Below are positions 60,914 through 64,000 of a stretch of 64,000 bases of DNA, in pieces (positions within the stretch are counted from its first letter, which is position 1; every line of letters starts with the position of its first letter). The translations under genes were made by a program, and so were the position numbers. Source of the DNA: Phormidesmis sp. (GTDB taxonomy: Bacteria > Cyanobacteriota > Cyanobacteriia > Leptolyngbyales > Leptolyngbyaceae); assembly GCA_965248535.1 (NCBI GenBank), contig CBDFJR010000002.1, positions 480,001 to 544,000 of the forward strand. Direction: 5' to 3'. The notes below the pieces were generated by a model, which worked only from the letters and a program-made list of their open reading frames with translations, was not told the origin of the DNA and did no database searches.

Positions 60914-62302
60914 ATGAAACGCCATGTTCACACGGTTCGTCTGCGATCGCATGATGAAGCCCTGATTCATCAAGGGGCTGTGTTGTTAGAAGATGCGCTG
61001 CACACGGCATCGTTGCCCGAAAGTGGGCGGCTGTTGGTGGTGCGATCGCTGAATGTTGGCAAGATTCACAGTCAGCACAGTTCGGCGACGTTGGCTCTTG
61101 TGGTAGAGCAACAATTGGCGCAGATTGGCATGATGGCAGTTCATGCTGAAGATCCGGTGGCAAAGGATGCGATCGCGGTCTATTTTCGAGATTCAATCGA
61201 GCCTTATCTTTGTCTGGCGGTGAGGTTAGCAAATCACCGCAGCACCGAGGAATGGTTTTGGCGGTTAGCGGTGGTGAACTGGCAGCCTCATTTGTCTAGA
61301 GAAGAAGGATTGCGACGGGTGCTTTATGGGGTAATGCAGACGGCGATCGGGGTCGCTGCGATCGTGCCTTTAATGCAGGAGTTATTGGCTAAAAGTTCAA
61401 TCATGCCAATGCTTTTGGCGCTGACTGAGAAAGACGGATCTGCTTTATTGCAGGTCTGCGGATGGATACAATCAGAGACTCCAATTGGATTAATAAATCC
61501 ATTATCAATTTCATTCTTATCCAGAGATTGGATTGATTTACTTCAGCATTGGGTTGCGGTTTGGGGTGTTGAAGATGCCCGATCGCTTTGGTTGACTACT
61601 ATTGTTCTACTTGCAGAACAACCTGCGTTTAGGATCGATCCGCAGTTGATTGCCCGATCGCAGCAGATCATTCAACAAATTAGCGATTCTAGAAAGTTGT
61701 ATTTGTCTGATCAGTCAGTGTTAATGGAGAATCCAGCTACGATTATAAGAAGTTTTCCCTTAGTGTTAAACGAATCATACTTATCCAGCAATAGTTTATC
61801 ACTTCAGAATTCTTCTTTAGATCCTCATCGATTTATAGATACTCCTCAATTAACGGTATTTGCCGGATTATTTTTCCTGTTACCTTTAATGACTTACTTA
61901 AAAATCGAATCCTTTTTAGAATCGAATCCTCATTTAATTGAGTTTGATTTACCTGGAATGTTGCTCTATACGATCGCTCAACGATTAGATATTCCTGAAA
62001 CCGATCCCGTTTGGGAGGCATTGCCTGAACCTTCAAACGATTTCATAGACTCCACTTTGCTTCGCTCTTGGCTCAACTCAATGCGGCGCTGGTGCCGTCT
62101 CAATGCCGAAATGGGACTACACAATTTAGTGACTCGATCGGGGCAGATTTTAATCACCCGCACCCACCTTGATATCTGGTTTAACCCGCAGCAAGCCGAC
62201 CTGCGGATTCGTCGCATCGGACTAGATCTCAATCCGGGTTGGGTGCCCTGGTTTGGACGAGTCGTTGCCTTTCACTACACAGGAGCCGGGTATGGAAATT
62301 GA
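60914..62302 (+). CDS. CIS tape-measure-like protein (Afp14-like)
   Basis: Position directly before the ATPase; AGLFFLL and C-terminal GLDLNPGWVPWFGRVV.FHY. Confidence 0.55.
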   Translation: MKRHVHTVRLRSHDEALIHQGAVLLEDALHTASLPESGRLLVVRSLNVGKIHSQHSSATLALVVEQQLAQIGMMAVHAEDPVAKDAIAVYFRDSIEPYLCLAVRLANHRSTEEWFWRLAVVNWQPHLSREEGLRRVLYGVMQTAIGVAAIVPLMQELLAKSSIMPMLLALTEKDGSALLQVCGWIQSETPIGLINPLSISFLSRDWIDLLQHWVAVWGVEDARSLWLTTIVLLAEQPAFRIDPQLIARSQQIIQQISDSRKLYLSDQSVLMENPATIIRSFPLVLNESYLSSNSLSLQNSSLDPHRFIDTPQLTVFAGLFFLLPLMTYLKIESFLESNPHLIEFDLPGMLLYTIAQRLDIPETDPVWEALPEPSNDFIDSTLLRSWLNSMRRWCRLNAEMGLHNLVTRSGQILITRTHLDIWFNPQQADLRIRRIGLDLNPGWVPWFGRVVAFHYTGAGYGN

Positions 62303-64000
62303 GAACTTAGGGAATCGTCCGATCGTGACTCTTCACACCGTTGCGTTTGCCGCGATCGCCGCCACGCTAGACCCGTCGCTTCTCGTCAATCCAACGGTTT
62401 CTGAGTTAGAACACTTACGTCACTATCAAGCGATTGTGACGGCTAATCATGCTAATTGGATCGATGCCCTCAAAAACTATCTTCGCCACCCTGCCGTTTG
62501 CGATTATTCCCTGTTGCAATTAGCAAAACCACTGTCCTTGTCAATCATTGAAGTATTAGCAATTTCACTATCAATAGCGGTTGAGCAAGACACGATCGCA
62601 GGTCGAATTTTAGCTTATCTACAAGCTCCTCTAGGTGGTTCGCGTCCTACTTTAGGGTTACTCTCTTTAGCATTCTCGCCGCTATCAGGCAGCGTTTCTG
62701 TGATCGATCGCTTCATGATGGGCAACGCGATCGCCAGCGGATTGCTGCAACTCCTCAACGAATCGGCACCGCTCCCAGAGCAGTCTATCAAAGTGCCTCT
62801 GCACATCGGTTTGGCGCTGCGAGGCCACGATCGCTCCCTTCCAGACCTGACGATCGGGCTAGATGATTACGCTGTTCCGTTAGCCGCTTCGATGCTGATT
62901 GAGGCGCAGCGCTGGGCTACCAGTCTTCAGTCGGGCACTCAGCGAGTTTTAGTCTTACGCACCGGGTCACAGATCGAAGGAAAATCAGTCGCCCACACGA
63001 TCGCTACAATTCTTCAGCGTCGCCCCCTGTTCATTGCGACGAATCAACCCGATCAAACCGTCAATCTCGCCCCGTGGCTGTTGCTCAGACAGTTGCTCCC
63101 GGTTTTTTGCTATGACCTCGCCCCCGGAGAACGCAAGAGTTTGCCGCCCATGCCGTTTTATCGCGGCCCTATTCTCGTCGTCTGCGGCATTGATGGCAGC
63201 GTCGAAGCCTTGGGCGAAACCGTGCTCAACTGGGTGGTTCCCGTCCCCAATGTTGAAGAACGACAGCAGCTTTGGCACCTGGCGATCGCTGACGAAACTC
63301 TAGCAGCAGAGTTAGCGCAACAACATCGCCACAGCAGCGGCCGCATTGCCCAACTAGGTCGATTAACGCAGCACCATCAAATTCTCCAACAGCAAGACAA
63401 ACCCCAACGAGAACACGTTATCGCCGCCGCCTGGACAAGCGAAGGAATCGGACTCGGTGCCCTAGCTCAACCTCTAACCGATGCTATTCCCGATGATGCG
63501 CTGGTGATGACTCCGGCTCTGCGCGACGAACTTCAGATGCTCTTTTTGCGCTGTCGTCACCGCGATCGCCTCGTCACCGGACTCGGACTCTCAGCCACCG
63601 TGCGCTATCATCCCGGTGTGCGATCGCTGTTTGTGGGCCCATCGGGCACGGGCAAAACTCTGGCGGCAGGCTGGTTAGCCACAAAATTAGGAATGCCGCT
63701 CTATCGCGTCGATCTCGCCTCGATCACCAGCAAATATATTGGTGAAACCGAAAAGAATTTATCACAGTTACTCTCGCGAGCCGAACAAGCCGAAGTCGTC
63801 TTATTATTTGATGAAGCCGACTCACTGTTTGGCAAACGCACTGATGTACAGCAAGCCAACGATCGCTTCGCCAATGCTCAAACTAACTATCTGCTCCAGC
63901 GCATTGAGTCGTTTGACGGCATCACTCTGCTCACCAGCAACAGCCGCAGTCGCTTTGATTCTGCCTTTTCTCGCCGACTGGATATGATCATTGAGTTTCC
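62292..64000 (+). CDS. eCIS AAA+ ATPase (Afp15-like), runs off the window end; absent from the ORF track
   Basis: ATG 62292 in frame with Walker A GPSGTGKT (63636), [37 protein letters not shown]. Confidence 0.9.
   Translation, partial: MEIENLGNRPIVTLHTVAFAAIAATLDPSLLVNPTVSELEHLRHYQAIVTANHANWIDALKNYLRHPAVCDYSLLQLAKPLSLSIIEVLAISLSIAVEQDTIAGRILAYLQAPLGGSRPTLGLLSLAFSPLSGSVSVIDRFMMGNAIASGLLQLLNESAPLPEQSIKVPLHIGLALRGHDRSLPDLTIGLDDYAVPLAASMLIEAQRWATSLQSGTQRVLVLRTGSQIEGKSVAHTIATILQRRPLFIATNQPDQTVNLAPWLLLRQLLPVFCYDLAPGERKSLPPMPFYRGPILVVCGIDGSVEALGETVLNWVVPVPNVEERQQLWHLAIADETLAAELAQQHRHSSGRIAQLGRLTQHHQILQQQDKPQREHVIAAAWTSEGIGLGALAQPLTDAIPDDALVMTPALRDELQMLFLRCRHRDRLVTGLGLSATVRYHPGVRSLFVGPSGTGKTLAAGWLATKLGMPLYRVDLASITSKYIGETEKNLSQLLSRAEQAEVVLLFDEADSLFGKRTDVQQANDRFANAQTNYLLQRIESFDGITLLTSNSRSRFDSAFSRRLDMIIEF

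Larger units (their letters stand above)
37804..64000 (+). other. Extracellular contractile injection system (Afp/PVC-like) gene cluster
   Basis: Cap, two sheaths, two tubes, initiator, spike, gp25, baseplate, ATPase; no capsid, terminase or integrase; many ATGA/TAATG overlaps. Confidence 0.93.

Noticed and set aside
37804..64000. Prophage or type VI secretion system
   Set aside because: No capsid, terminase, portal or integrase and no TssJLM/ClpV; DUF4255-like cap and Afp15-like ATPase indicate eCIS

Overview
Cyanobacterial chromosome segment: the HIP1 octamer GCGATCGC is very frequent, and por, chlP and a ycf22/MlaD-type gene are present. 1-23.5 kb is accessory: a purine-type NCS2 permease to Rieske oxygenase operon, secreted hydrolases (DUF922-like protease, Zn-dependent phospholipase C-like protein), GH2-galT, a cellulose-synthase-like gene with a regulatory cluster (OmpR regulator, pseudo-receiver, Crp/Fnr with an FNR box, GAF kinase) and a decayed Fic gene. 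23.6-37.1 kb is mostly housekeeping (yvcK-like, mlaF/mlaD, por, GT4, MFS, recO, deoC, chlP, nucleoside hydrolase). After an antitoxin-like gene and a truncated toxin remnant, 37.8 kb to the window end is one co-oriented, translationally coupled extracellular contractile injection system (eCIS; Afp/PVC-like) locus of more than 26 kb. It encodes a cap, two sheaths, two tubes, a tube initiator, a split spike, gp25, baseplate, a tape-measure-like gene and an AAA ATPase. It also carries unusual accessories: a C-terminally hydrophobic protein, three paralogous fibre-like genes and small Ig/PKD modules. No PAAR or recognisable toxin is visible in the window. All calls come from motif recognition by eye; no searches were run.
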